This document shows positions 17,841-31,533 of a stretch of 64,000 nucleotides of DNA, piece by piece. The translations under genes were made by a program, and so were the position numbers. The stretch lies in the sequence record KU521356.1. The stretch is one strand, 5' to 3'. The notes under the pieces are model-generated. The model saw nothing but the letters and a program-made list of their open reading frames with translations. It searched no databases and was not told the origin of the DNA. Every line of letters starts with the position of its first letter. Within the stretch, counting starts at the first letter, position 1.

Positions 17841-19757
17841 ATGTCTAATGAACAACAGGTTACAAATAAGAAAAAGATTAAGGGCATTGAAGCCAAACAT
17901 ATTACTTATTGTACTGATCAATTTGGTAAGTTTACAGATGCGCATTTCGTTAAAGAACGAATTCATTTTGAAGATGGTACAACTGCAAATAATTTAAGGA
18001 TGTGGGAAAACTACCAGCGTCCTTTTTGGATTACCGCAAAAGGAATGCGTAACCATAAAGAAAAGAAAGATTACGAATATGAGCGTAACTTAGTTAAATA
18101 CATGTCAACTCAAATTGACATGAAACGTAAGATTAGTAAAATCCTAGGTGACTATTCGGCTAGATCTCTTCGTCAACTAGCGCGTAGTCCTTACCTATAT
18201 GGCAGTGATGTTAGTTCAACCTGTTATCTGAAGCATGATTATCAAGAACGTTATCCTGGTCTAATCTCTCTAAACACTGTTGCTGGCGGTGACATCGAAA
18301 CCAACGTTTATGAAGCTGAGAACGATGGCCAGATTATCTGTATGTCAGTTACACATAAGAACAAAGCTTTCCTAGCCTATTTAAAACGATGGGTTAGTGA
18401 TATTGAAGATCCAGTGAAAGAGACATTAGAACAAGCACAAAAAGAAGAGGTATTATCACATCTAATTAAAGAACGTGGTCTAGATATTGAAGTAATGGTT
18501 GTTGAAACACCAGTAGATATTATTATTGAATGTTTTAAACGACTACATACCTGGAAACCAGATTTCTTCGCATTCTGGAATATTAGCTTCGACATTGGTA
18601 GAATCTTAAAAACATTAGAACACTATGGTGTTAATCCAGCTGATGTTTTTTCTGATCCATCGGTACCTAAGAATTATAGGTATTTCCATTTTAAGATTGA
18701 TGAACCTATGACCACCACTGCATCTGGGGTCACTAAATCTAAAGGACCGGAGGATCAATGGCATTGGATTACAGCACCCTCTAGTTTTCAATGTATCGAT
18801 TCTATGTCAACTTATCGAGTAACTCGATTAGCTAAAGGACGTGATCCTAACTATCGGTTAGAGTCTATTCTTAGAAAAGAACTAAACATCGATAAATCCA
18901 CGACCATTAAAAATGATAAGGACTTAGAAGATTTTATTGAAGGTTTTAATAAACAACTAGTTGACCGACCAGGCGGCGTTATTACTAAATATATTAAAAA
19001 TGTAGGTAGTAATGAATGGGTACCGGTGGATGATTTTATATTAAATGATAACTTTACCTATGGTGATTCTATTAGATATGTAATGGAATTTGGTAAGTTA
19101 ACCTTTAAAGAAACTGCACATCTTGGTGGTATCGATTGGCACCGTGAGATGCAGACTAAGCATAAAATCAAATATGGTCTTTATAACATCATCGACTCCA
19201 TTCGACTAGAACAACTTGATGAACAAGTAAATGACCTTGGTCGCTCTATAAGTCTATTCTCTAAGGCATCTGACTATAAGAACTTTAGTTCTAACCCAAA
19301 ACGACTATGTGACGATATGCACTTCTGGTATTTGAATAGACCAGAGCCATGTGTCATTGGTTCAAGTTCAGATCAGATGGTGCATGAACTTGATCAATAT
19401 GTTATTGGCCATAATGATTGGATTGTTACACTACCATCATACATGGCAGGTCCAAATGGATTGCAGTGTGTTAAAGATTTACCGAATTATAAAACCTTAA
19501 TATTCTGTCATATCGCCGACCTTGACATCGTGTCGACATATCCTAACGTTAGTCAGATTCTAAATATTGCACGTGAAACATGTGTGATGGAATTCTCAAT
19601 GATGGAAGGAATTAGTGAACACCATCGCCGTGAAGTTGGCGTAAACTTAACAGGTGGTAGGGTTAATGCTATTGAAATCACACAGAAGATCATGGGTGCT
19701 CCTAAAATGGACACCCTGCTAGAGAAGTTTATTAATACCTATAAGAACCCAAAGTAA
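17841..19757 (+). CDS. Split family B DNA polymerase, 3'-5' exonuclease plus motif A subunit (phiKZ gp82-like)
   Basis: Exo I DIETN, Exo II FWNISFDIGRI, Exo III YNIIDS and polymerase motif A DLDIVSTYP; no motif B or C in this ORF. Confidence 0.85.
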   Translation: MSNEQQVTNKKKIKGIEAKHITYCTDQFGKFTDAHFVKERIHFEDGTTANNLRMWENYQRPFWITAKGMRNHKEKKDYEYERNLVKYMSTQIDMKRKISKILGDYSARSLRQLARSPYLYGSDVSSTCYLKHDYQERYPGLISLNTVAGGDIETNVYEAENDGQIICMSVTHKNKAFLAYLKRWVSDIEDPVKETLEQAQKEEVLSHLIKERGLDIEVMVVETPVDIIIECFKRLHTWKPDFFAFWNISFDIGRILKTLEHYGVNPADVFSDPSVPKNYRYFHFKIDEPMTTTASGVTKSKGPEDQWHWITAPSSFQCIDSMSTYRVTRLAKGRDPNYRLESILRKELNIDKSTTIKNDKDLEDFIEGFNKQLVDRPGGVITKYIKNVGSNEWVPVDDFILNDNFTYGDSIRYVMEFGKLTFKETAHLGGIDWHREMQTKHKIKYGLYNIIDSIRLEQLDEQVNDLGRSISLFSKASDYKNFSSNPKRLCDDMHFWYLNRPEPCVIGSSSDQMVHELDQYVIGHNDWIVTLPSYMAGPNGLQCVKDLPNYKTLIFCHIADLDIVSTYPNVSQILNIARETCVMEFSMMEGISEHHRREVGVNLTGGRVNAIEITQKIMGAPKMDTLLEKFINTYKNPK

Positions 19758-20125
19758 TATATCAGTGGAAGCGCCGAGGAGGATATGAATGTTCATCTGT
19801 TGGTGACAAAAGATTCTCGGCTCTTTACGCAAGGCTTCCTGATGGCAGAACAATTGAGGAAGCTTGGCAGTTAGATTGTAAAGGATATCGCATATACTCC
19901 AACCATTGGAAAGCTGGTAAAGGAAAACCACCACTAGACGGGTATAATCCCAAATATGATGATTATAAAAATCTGTGGAAAGTATGGGCGGTATCTAATA
20001 AACATCTAATGGATGAATTGCGTCAGAATGCAAAAGAACATGATAACTATCTTTCTGATGTTTTTGCTTCTACTGATATTTCACAGGCACGTGCTCTAGC
20101 AGAACTACTTAATGAAGGATATTAA
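19745..20125 (+). CDS. NADAR-like (DarT1-associated type) ADP-ribosylhydrolase domain lacking its own start codon
   Basis: Manual translation: EPKVIYQWKRRGGYECSSVGDKRFSALYARLPDGRTIEEAWQLDCKGY...YKNLWKVWAVSNKHLMDEL...YLSDVFASTDISQARALAELLNEGY. First ATG is at 20009. Motifs resemble recalled NADAR ExSS/SA, ExxxQxxK, D-x-F and QAR. Confidence 0.7.
   Translation, partial: EPKVIYQWKRRGGYECSSVGDKRFSALYARLPDGRTIEEAWQLDCKGYRIYSNHWKAGKGKPPLDGYNPKYDDYKNLWKVWAVSNKHLMDELRQNAKEHDNYLSDVFASTDISQARALAELLNEGY
19748..19754 (+). other. Candidate -1 slippery heptamer C_CCA_AAG directly before the polymerase stop codon
   Basis: AAC CCA AAG TAA: X_XXY_YYZ form with the A_AAG core; the -1 frame is open for 123 further codons. 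Confidence 0.7.
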
Positions 20126-20198
20126 AAAATGGAAGGTATTCCTAATTAAATATTATCAATTGATCATTACTGCTAACATAAACTTCGACACATCATAA

Positions 20199-20221
20199 AA
20201 CCCTCCCATTACGGGAGGGTT
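20199..20221. terminator. Bidirectional terminator
   Basis: AACCCTCCC-ATTAC-GGGAGGGTT between convergent genes. Confidence 0.8.
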
Positions 20222-20228
20222 TATTTCG

Positions 20229-21743
20229 TTAACTAATTTGGTATTTTAAATTCTGATTACCGTTTAGAACATAAATCTTACCGTCATTATTAAACGTATT
20301 GGCAAAACCTGCATCCACTAAACCAGTTTCTAAATTACCTAAATTTATCCATCGTGCTAATCGTGGTTCATAATACTTAATTGGTGCGTTATTTTGATTT
20401 TCACCAGCGATTACATAAAGTTCACCAGATGGGCGTATATTAATAGCTGCACCAAGAGGTATACCTGTAGTTATTGGTTTGGACCAATTATTGTTGGTTT
20501 GATTGTACGATATGATTCCAGTGTTAACACCAGCACCAACCGTACCACCAATAACGCATACGCTATTATTATAAATACTCACTGAATAATCTTGGGTATA
20601 TTCCCCAGTATCATTAAATGCTGCACCACTGGTATATGTATCTGTAGTTGGATTGTACATTAATGTAAATCCACGATTATTTGTCGCAGTTGTATCAGCT
20701 GCACCTAATATGTAGATTAACCCATTAAGACTAGTTCCACGTGCATACCGGCAAGCTATCGTGCCTGGTGATTTTATTTCCCATGTATTAGTTGCAGGAT
20801 CATAACACTGCATATCTTTAGTAAGTACACCATCTGTGGCACTTTCACCACCATAGAAATATACTTTACCATTAAATGCAACAGCCGAGCATTGTTTAAC
20901 TGCTATAGGCGTACCAGTTGGTTGTAATGTTGTTAACTTACCCGTGACTAAATTCAGTGTACGTAGAGCAGTATTAGCATTATTCTTACCACCGTAATAA
21001 TAGACTAAGTTACCTATTTGGGCACCTGCTGCCATTTCGTTATCAGTTTCAAAATCAGTAAGTTTAATAACATTATCTTTAACGAATGGATATGTACCAC
21101 TAGCATAAACCACTGGACGCCAACCTTGGGTTGCAGCACCCGTTTCACTACTTGACGAACTAGTTATATCAATCGCATAGTAGCCACGATAGAGCTGGTC
21201 ATTAACTGGATCACTACCTGGGTCTCTTCCCCAGTTAGTAGTACCATCAGTGCTAATACCACCAGCGACCGCTTGGTTAATACCTAAGTCATTATCTGTA
21301 AATTTATAAGGCCAGTTAGCACCATTTAAATTAGATACGTGAACATTATAAAGTAACCTTTGCCATTCTGATGTGGCACCAGCCATTGTTAATAAACCAA
21401 ATTTATAAATGTTCCCCATAAATCTAACTTCATAGTCACCATTACGGAGTCCGGCATTATTAAGCCGTGATTTTTGTATTGATTTACGAGCTGGTTTCTT
21501 TGGTATGTAACAAGTAACATTTTTATTAGAGAACTTTAACCATGGTTGTCCATCATTGATTACTGTTCCAAATGTCATATTAACTAATTTAGCTGCATCA
21601 TCATAACCAAATAATTCTGAAGATGTTGTTTCACCATACAAACCTAATTCCCTTGTCCCAGCTATCAGTGTTTTAGGACCTGGATAAGGATCGGAATATA
21701 TAGGCGTATTTGTTAGTCCAGAAGACAACAATAACTCAAACAT
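20229..21743 (-). CDS. Kelch-repeat beta-propeller protein, probable virion component (phiKZ gp83-like)
   Basis: C-terminal kelch repeats (VYYYGG, KVYFYGG...YDPATNTW, LIYILG...YNPTTDTY, LYVIAG) after a phiKZ-family N-terminal domain. Confidence 0.8.
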   Translation of the reverse strand: MFELLLSSGLTNTPIYSDPYPGPKTLIAGTRELGLYGETTSSELFGYDDAAKLVNMTFGTVINDGQPWLKFSNKNVTCYIPKKPARKSIQKSRLNNAGLRNGDYEVRFMGNIYKFGLLTMAGATSEWQRLLYNVHVSNLNGANWPYKFTDNDLGINQAVAGGISTDGTTNWGRDPGSDPVNDQLYRGYYAIDITSSSSSETGAATQGWRPVVYASGTYPFVKDNVIKLTDFETDNEMAAGAQIGNLVYYYGGKNNANTALRTLNLVTGKLTTLQPTGTPIAVKQCSAVAFNGKVYFYGGESATDGVLTKDMQCYDPATNTWEIKSPGTIACRYARGTSLNGLIYILGAADTTATNNRGFTLMYNPTTDTYTSGAAFNDTGEYTQDYSVSIYNNSVCVIGGTVGAGVNTGIISYNQTNNNWSKPITTGIPLGAAINIRPSGELYVIAGENQNNAPIKYYEPRLARWINLGNLETGLVDAGFANTFNNDGKIYVLNGNQNLKYQIS

Positions 21744-21844
21744 TTTGTGTGCGCCTCTTTTATAATACGTAGTGCATAAGATTGAATTCTATACAACGCA
21801 GCCTTATCTTTATGATTATAAATTAATACTGGTAGAGATATAAA

Positions 21845-23086
21845 ATGCTACATACGATAGAAATCTCTAATGAAGTGTTAGATGTGAATGTTAAGCGTGA
21901 CTTAGGTCCATTGATCGAAGAACATCTAACCAAGATTCGTGATAAATTAGATAATCAACAGAGAATAGATATTAATGATTTTAGGTCACTGAGTGATGAT
22001 GTTTCTAAGATCCTCAATATGAATATAGAGTTTACACACCTGGATGATCAGGGTATAATGGGTGGTGCATACACATCCTTTACAGTTGGACATACTGGTA
22101 GTAAATTTGACAATATTAATCGAGTTACTTTAGCAACTGAGCAAGGTGTCAATACATTCATTAATATTGATTTAACAAATTTAAAAGTTACGGGTGAGGC
22201 TGTTTCAACTTTTAAATACAAGGTCGGTTTATCTATTGGTTTATTATCGGCTATTAACCGTGTTAGTATAGCAGAAGCTACTGCCATTACATTACATGAA
22301 ATTGGGCATTGTTGGGAAACACTGGCTACAATGGGTGACTACGTCTATCTTAACTATGCACTTACTGAAGGTATACTTATCTTACAGGGTAGGAAAGCTA
22401 ATAAGTATAAGATTCAATTATTGGATGAAACATGGTTAAAGAAAAACGTTGATCCAGCCGATTATGAGAAGTTTGCTAATGATAGGACTGAAGGAAATAT
22501 TCGTAAAGTCATTCTATCATCATTTAAGAAAGCGCAACGTCCGCATTTAACTGGTGATGTTCAATCACGTAAACGCGATGAACAATTAGCTGATTTATTC
22601 GCCACTCGATTAGGTTATGGAAGGCCACTGGCAACGGCATTAACTAAATCAGGTCGGTATTATAATGACCGTGAATATAAATCTGTTTCTAGCCATATTA
22701 CTGCTGAGGTATTCAAAGGTCTATTTATGATCATTGGTTTACCTGTTACACTAGGTATCATTGCCGGTAATTTAAAAGTTGGATATGATCCAATTAGTTC
22801 ACGTTATGACAAACAACGACAACGTTTAATGAAAATTAAACAAGATCTAGTAGCACAACTTAAATGGGTAAAGGACTCATCACTAAAACCAGGAATTGAT
22901 GATGACATTAAAGTAATTGATTCATTGATAAATGATTTAGCTAATGAGTGGACCATTTTTGATAAAATTTTAGATTTCCTTAGTCCCCAGCGTCGTAAAG
23001 ATAAACGGGCTACTGAATTAGAAGATACTTTAGAAAGTCTATTAAATAATGACTTATTTGTAAGAGCCTACCGCTTAACTAAATAG
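21845..23086 (+). CDS. Zincin metallopeptidase-like virion protein (phiKZ gp84-like)
   Basis: LHEIGH motif and downstream DEQLADLFATRLGYG; TATG at 21811-21814. Confidence 0.7.
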   Translation: MLHTIEISNEVLDVNVKRDLGPLIEEHLTKIRDKLDNQQRIDINDFRSLSDDVSKILNMNIEFTHLDDQGIMGGAYTSFTVGHTGSKFDNINRVTLATEQGVNTFINIDLTNLKVTGEAVSTFKYKVGLSIGLLSAINRVSIAEATAITLHEIGHCWETLATMGDYVYLNYALTEGILILQGRKANKYKIQLLDETWLKKNVDPADYEKFANDRTEGNIRKVILSSFKKAQRPHLTGDVQSRKRDEQLADLFATRLGYGRPLATALTKSGRYYNDREYKSVSSHITAEVFKGLFMIIGLPVTLGIIAGNLKVGYDPISSRYDKQRQRLMKIKQDLVAQLKWVKDSSLKPGIDDDIKVIDSLINDLANEWTIFDKILDFLSPQRRKDKRATELEDTLESLLNNDLFVRAYRLTK

Positions 23087-23097
23087 AGAGAAAAATC

Positions 23098-23547
23098 ATG
23101 CAACAATTAGGTTTTGAACTTTCCCGTATTCTAAAGCAACTGCCTAACTTAGGTGGTTCTGATCGTAAAACCCGCGCAATGCTCCTAGCTAATGCGGTGG
23201 CATTACAGATTCCATTTGAGATTTTACTTGATTTCAATGAACAACAGGATAAAGCTGTTGCTAAATTTAAGAAAATCTTAAGTAAAGTTAATGAGAATAT
23301 TGCAGTTGATACTAAACTAGCCGTAACATATTTTAACAATATTCTTCGCATTCGCCAAAGTCTTATCAACGGTATTACTGATCCATGTCTTGTCAAAGCT
23401 GTACTGACATCTGATACCGCTAATGATTATCTAACTGTCGATGATATCAATATTGTCTCTGCCGTTGTTAATGGCTCAGATTATAACCGTATCCAAGCAG
23501 ACATGGGTAATGCATTAAATCAATTAATCGGTAGTATTGATGAGTGA
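23098..23547 (+). CDS. Minor capsid protein (phiKZ gp85-like)
   Basis: 149-aa ORF in the late block; assignment by synteny. Confidence 0.6.
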   Translation: MQQLGFELSRILKQLPNLGGSDRKTRAMLLANAVALQIPFEILLDFNEQQDKAVAKFKKILSKVNENIAVDTKLAVTYFNNILRIRQSLINGITDPCLVKAVLTSDTANDYLTVDDINIVSAVVNGSDYNRIQADMGNALNQLIGSIDE

Positions 23548-23557
23548 GGTTAAACCC

Positions 23558-24826
23558 ATGTCTCATGTTAAAGAAGTAGATGTCGAAGAGGAAAAACTTT
23601 TCTTTGATGAGAACCAACCAGAGATGGTTGAAGGCGAAGAAGAGACTGTTTCAAGTGCCTCGGCTCCTGAAATTTTAGCTAAGATGTGTGTAGCTGTCGA
23701 AGCGATTCATCAGCTATCTGATATTTATGCAATCACTAAACTTGAAGGCGTATCAAAACCAGATGTTGATGGTATTCGAGCATTAGTTAAGCGCATGAGC
23801 ACTGAAGGGTTTGAAGCTCCTAAGAAAGCAGTAGCTTCACTTGAGCAATATGCTTCTATGTTTACACCAACCCGTAGTACTCTTAATGTGACTATTTCTC
23901 AAGAGGCAGTGATGGCTACCATCATTAATACTCTTAAGACTTGGTTTGAGAAACTAATGGAACTATTTGCTAAGCTGATGCGTTGGATTAGTGATTTTAA
24001 GAAGCGTGATGTTGTTGTAGCAACTCGTTATGGAAAGATTGTCCGGGCAGTTGATCAAGCACGTACTCTCTTTCAAGAGTTACTAGTTAAAAATCGATTA
24101 GGTAATCGAAAGGATGCATTACTAGAAAAGTTTGATGCAATTGCACAATCAATCATTGATGATCCTAAAATCCTAGCTAGTCGTGTATATGCTGCTGCAT
24201 TTGGTAGTGTATACTACCAGAAAGAAATCATTAATATTAATAATGAAGCACGTACTGAACTAGGTACAATGGAAAAGCTAGTTGGCACTATCATTGAATA
24301 TGTTAATTACAATGGTGATGATTATCGTGCACTTATGCCTATCGCTAATATCCGTGAGATTGGTAAACTAGCTACCCGGTGCAATGAACTATCTACAGTG
24401 TATCCTGATCGTTCAAGCATTCCAGATTTCCCTGATAAGAATTTCTGGAAAAACTCACATCTGTTAAAAGATCGTTTTGTCGCACCACTTGATGATTTGT
24501 TAAAAGCATATCGCAATAGCAGTGATACTCTACGTAAGTTAAAGCAACTATCACGTAATTATAGTCAAGAAACTATTGATGCTATTGGTGAGTCTGTTCA
24601 ATTAATCAACACTTCCCTTGAAGGTATGCGTCGTATTACTGATACGATGTTTGAATATTCTCAAGCACAATATCTAGCAGCTAGTTGCGTACTTAACTAT
24701 TATGGTAAGTGTGCACAAGTAGTTAGTGAAGATTATAAGATCCATGGCTTCAATGATGCTATTCGCGAATGGCAGCGTCGATTTGATAAAGTCATCGATG
24801 ACTTTAAACGTGGTTATGCAATGTAA
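23558..24826 (+). CDS. Head protein (phiKZ gp86-like)
   Basis: GAGGT RBS before ATG at 23558; acidic N-terminus with ASLE/ISQE-type prohead protease sites. Confidence 0.65.
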   Translation: MSHVKEVDVEEEKLFFDENQPEMVEGEEETVSSASAPEILAKMCVAVEAIHQLSDIYAITKLEGVSKPDVDGIRALVKRMSTEGFEAPKKAVASLEQYASMFTPTRSTLNVTISQEAVMATIINTLKTWFEKLMELFAKLMRWISDFKKRDVVVATRYGKIVRAVDQARTLFQELLVKNRLGNRKDALLEKFDAIAQSIIDDPKILASRVYAAAFGSVYYQKEIININNEARTELGTMEKLVGTIIEYVNYNGDDYRALMPIANIREIGKLATRCNELSTVYPDRSSIPDFPDKNFWKNSHLLKDRFVAPLDDLLKAYRNSSDTLRKLKQLSRNYSQETIDAIGESVQLINTSLEGMRRITDTMFEYSQAQYLAASCVLNYYGKCAQVVSEDYKIHGFNDAIREWQRRFDKVIDDFKRGYAM

Positions 24827-24839
24827 AATACAACATAAT

Positions 24840-24859
24840 GCCCTCCCCTAGGGGAGGGC
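24840..24859. terminator. Bidirectional terminator
   Basis: GCCCTCCCC-TA-GGGGAGGGC flanked by CATA and TTATG between convergent genes. Confidence 0.85.
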
Positions 24860-24867
24860 TTATGACC

Positions 24868-28839
<3,972 letters not shown>

Positions 28840-28875
28840 TTATAACTCTCTGCAAACCCATATAGGAAGAGAAAA

Positions 28876-30039
28876 ATGCCATTACCTGTAATCGCCGGAG
28901 CAGTAAGTTCTGCTCTGATGACTGTTGCTGCTGATCAAGGTGTACGTGGTCTAATGCAGACTGTCCTACAAGCCACTAAAAATGGTGTAGAGATTTCTTC
29001 TCTAACCGATCTAGCACGTCCAACTCGTGTTGAACCATTGGTCATCGTAGACCAAACCTTAGTTGATCAACCTTACATGAAAGACGTTATGAAATTTGTT
29101 TCATCGTCTTTTACTGGTTATTATCTACAAGCTGTTAATATGCTTCTAGGTGTGGATAAGATTGATACTTTAAAAGTATTCGATACTATTAATCCTAACC
29201 GTACAGGTGTAACTCGCACTAGTGTATTCTCTGCCGAAGAGTATTCTGATGGTCTTCCTTCATTAGAGTCTTTTGAGAAGCCTGTGCATTTACCAAATAT
29301 CGTCGCTGAACACTCACATGAGCGTTGGGTAGCTTCAATGGAAGCGAATGACGAAAGTACAAGTGCACAAAGTATTTCTAGTGGTGATACACAAAAGATT
29401 TATGAAGTTGAAAACCTTGCCGTTGGTAAGCTGGTTAACGTTGATGTTAAATCAGGAAAGCAGAAAGCTAAAATTCCTGTTATGATCCGTTTAATTCCAG
29501 CCGCTGTTAGTCCTCAGATTATTGCGCACATCTTTAGTGCTGGTGGACGAGATACTTGGCTACATCGCCTATTTCTAGTAAAAACTGGTCAAATTAAATT
29601 CTGGCGTGACTTCGTTCTAGGTCAAGATATGATCGATGAACATTATCGCATTCTAATGAATGATAAATCAGGTGTTTATAAACAAATCACCGATCGCCGC
29701 CGTAACAACTGGAAACAATCAGTTCGCAGTGGTACGGTTTCATTAGCAGATGCATCAAATATCGCGATTGTATCAACTTCAACTCTTAAAGCTGCTTCTA
29801 ATTCTCTTTATGGTCGTATTGATGATTTCGCCACTCGGCAAAAGATCTTTGACAATAGCTATCTAATGATGCTTGTTGTTATTGATGACCGTTATGAGCG
29901 AGTAACTATTTATCATCGTGGGGTTGATCTATCTACATCTCACCGACTTGATGAAATTAAAATGGCTGAAAAGAATAAAGGTCCGGATATCACTGAGATC
30001 TTTAAAATGATGAATAAAACCATGTCTACCAATATTTAA
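28876..30039 (+). CDS. Inner head protein (phiKZ gp89-like)
   Basis: 387 aa with SLE and SME cleavage-type motifs; synteny. Confidence 0.65.
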   Translation: MPLPVIAGAVSSALMTVAADQGVRGLMQTVLQATKNGVEISSLTDLARPTRVEPLVIVDQTLVDQPYMKDVMKFVSSSFTGYYLQAVNMLLGVDKIDTLKVFDTINPNRTGVTRTSVFSAEEYSDGLPSLESFEKPVHLPNIVAEHSHERWVASMEANDESTSAQSISSGDTQKIYEVENLAVGKLVNVDVKSGKQKAKIPVMIRLIPAAVSPQIIAHIFSAGGRDTWLHRLFLVKTGQIKFWRDFVLGQDMIDEHYRILMNDKSGVYKQITDRRRNNWKQSVRSGTVSLADASNIAIVSTSTLKAASNSLYGRIDDFATRQKIFDNSYLMMLVVIDDRYERVTIYHRGVDLSTSHRLDEIKMAEKNKGPDITEIFKMMNKTMSTNI

Positions 30040-30049
30040 GGACTGAGTG

Positions 30050-30979
30050 ATGAGAATTATTGATTATGTACGTGAACTCGCACCAGTTACTGAACGTCGT
30101 GAACTATTAAATCAAATCCGTTCATTACGTGAAGAATATGATGCAACTCTCGCACCAATTATTGACGATGTAGGTGAAGTATTTGGTAATATGCAACTTA
30201 AATCAGATTTAGGTATGCGGTTATCTACTGAACTACGGCGAGCGATTAGTTTTAATACTGAACCGATTAAACTAGTACTGGATACTCTTTCAAATATTCG
30301 TGGTAGCTTTGATATGATCGAAAGCGAAATCCGGCGTTTATTTGCTATTCAGTTTACTAACTCTAATCTAACCTTTGACCGTGCAAACATGTTACGTTTT
30401 GTTGATGGTCTTAGTTTCTATATTCGTTATGGCCGTAAACTACTACTAAATCTAATTGCACAAGAAGCAATGAAATTAGGTAAGGCTACTGAATTAAAAT
30501 CATCTCGTGCTGAGAAAGAATGGCTATACACTAATATGGCGCAATTCATTACTCTGTATCCAGCAATGAGTCTTAAGACTAATGAACTGAAACAACGCTT
30601 AAGTCGTGCATCTAGTGCTGAAGTCAATGAAGGTACTTATGATGTAGCTGTGAGTGCTCTCTCTATAGCTCAACGTGATCCACTTAACATGGATGGCTTC
30701 TCACCTCGTCAGAACCCGTTCGTGCTATTTGGCAAGTTCTTAGCTGAGTATCAGGTTGAACGTTTTAAAGAAGCTGAGCAAGAATTCCTTGCACTTCAAC
30801 TACGTTTACAAGAAATGCGGGAAATGCAAAGTAATGGTAAAGTGGATGCACGCCTACAGAAGCTTATTAAAGAGTATGAAATTCGTATCTCTGATTATAA
30901 CTATCGCCTAGGTATGATCCAAGATCGCGCATCTGAGTTCTTTGCTAACCATCGTGATCTACTATCTCTTGGTCACTAA
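30050..30979 (+). CDS. Inner head protein (phiKZ gp90-like)
   Basis: Helical ORF, AAGGA RBS, synteny. Confidence 0.65.
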   Translation: MRIIDYVRELAPVTERRELLNQIRSLREEYDATLAPIIDDVGEVFGNMQLKSDLGMRLSTELRRAISFNTEPIKLVLDTLSNIRGSFDMIESEIRRLFAIQFTNSNLTFDRANMLRFVDGLSFYIRYGRKLLLNLIAQEAMKLGKATELKSSRAEKEWLYTNMAQFITLYPAMSLKTNELKQRLSRASSAEVNEGTYDVAVSALSIAQRDPLNMDGFSPRQNPFVLFGKFLAEYQVERFKEAEQEFLALQLRLQEMREMQSNGKVDARLQKLIKEYEIRISDYNYRLGMIQDRASEFFANHRDLLSLGH

Positions 30980-31524
30980 TGGAGGGCATTGATATGCCAG
31001 CAACTAATGCTGTACGCCCATTTGGTCGTAATTACTCAGGTGGTCAACAACAGGCCATTTCACGGTTCACTGCTCGTCCCGGTGATCCTCAAGTTGAAGA
31101 ACTATATCTTATCTTTACCAACTTTCCTGCACAAACTGCATATTGGGAATTCCATAAGAAAGTTCTAGCTTGTGCTATTCGTCTTTTTAGCGGAAACTAT
31201 AATTGGTTTATTCTACAGGACAATAATAGTAATATTGATAGTTATAATTATCAATTCCTATTAGATACTGTTCGATACATTGCTACGGGTCATCGACGTA
31301 TTTCAATTACCCAATGGCCAATGTTACTAGCTACTGAACCAGATGCTGGTGCACAACTCATTGAACCGCGCGCTGAAATTGCTACTCTCTTTAATGAGTT
31401 AAAATTAGATCTAGATATTGTTTCAATGATCCAGAATTGGGTTAAACACAAAAACGGTATGAATGATCTAATGTATACCCTACATCTACTATTTGGATCT
31501 GTAGAAGTAATAGATAAGGACTGA
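30979..31524 (+). CDS. Minor capsid protein (phiKZ gp91-like)
   Basis: TAATG coupling with the upstream gene; synteny. Confidence 0.6.
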   Translation: MEGIDMPATNAVRPFGRNYSGGQQQAISRFTARPGDPQVEELYLIFTNFPAQTAYWEFHKKVLACAIRLFSGNYNWFILQDNNSNIDSYNYQFLLDTVRYIATGHRRISITQWPMLLATEPDAGAQLIEPRAEIATLFNELKLDLDIVSMIQNWVKHKNGMNDLMYTLHLLFGSVEVIDKD

Positions 31525-31533
31525 GGACTATCT

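Noticed and set aside
19785-19874. 29-aa ORF after GAGGAGG (MNVHLLVTKDSR...)
   Set aside because: It overlaps the NADAR-like frame, which explains the sequence far better, and the GGAGG is simply its Gly-Gly codons. Translation cannot be fully excluded.
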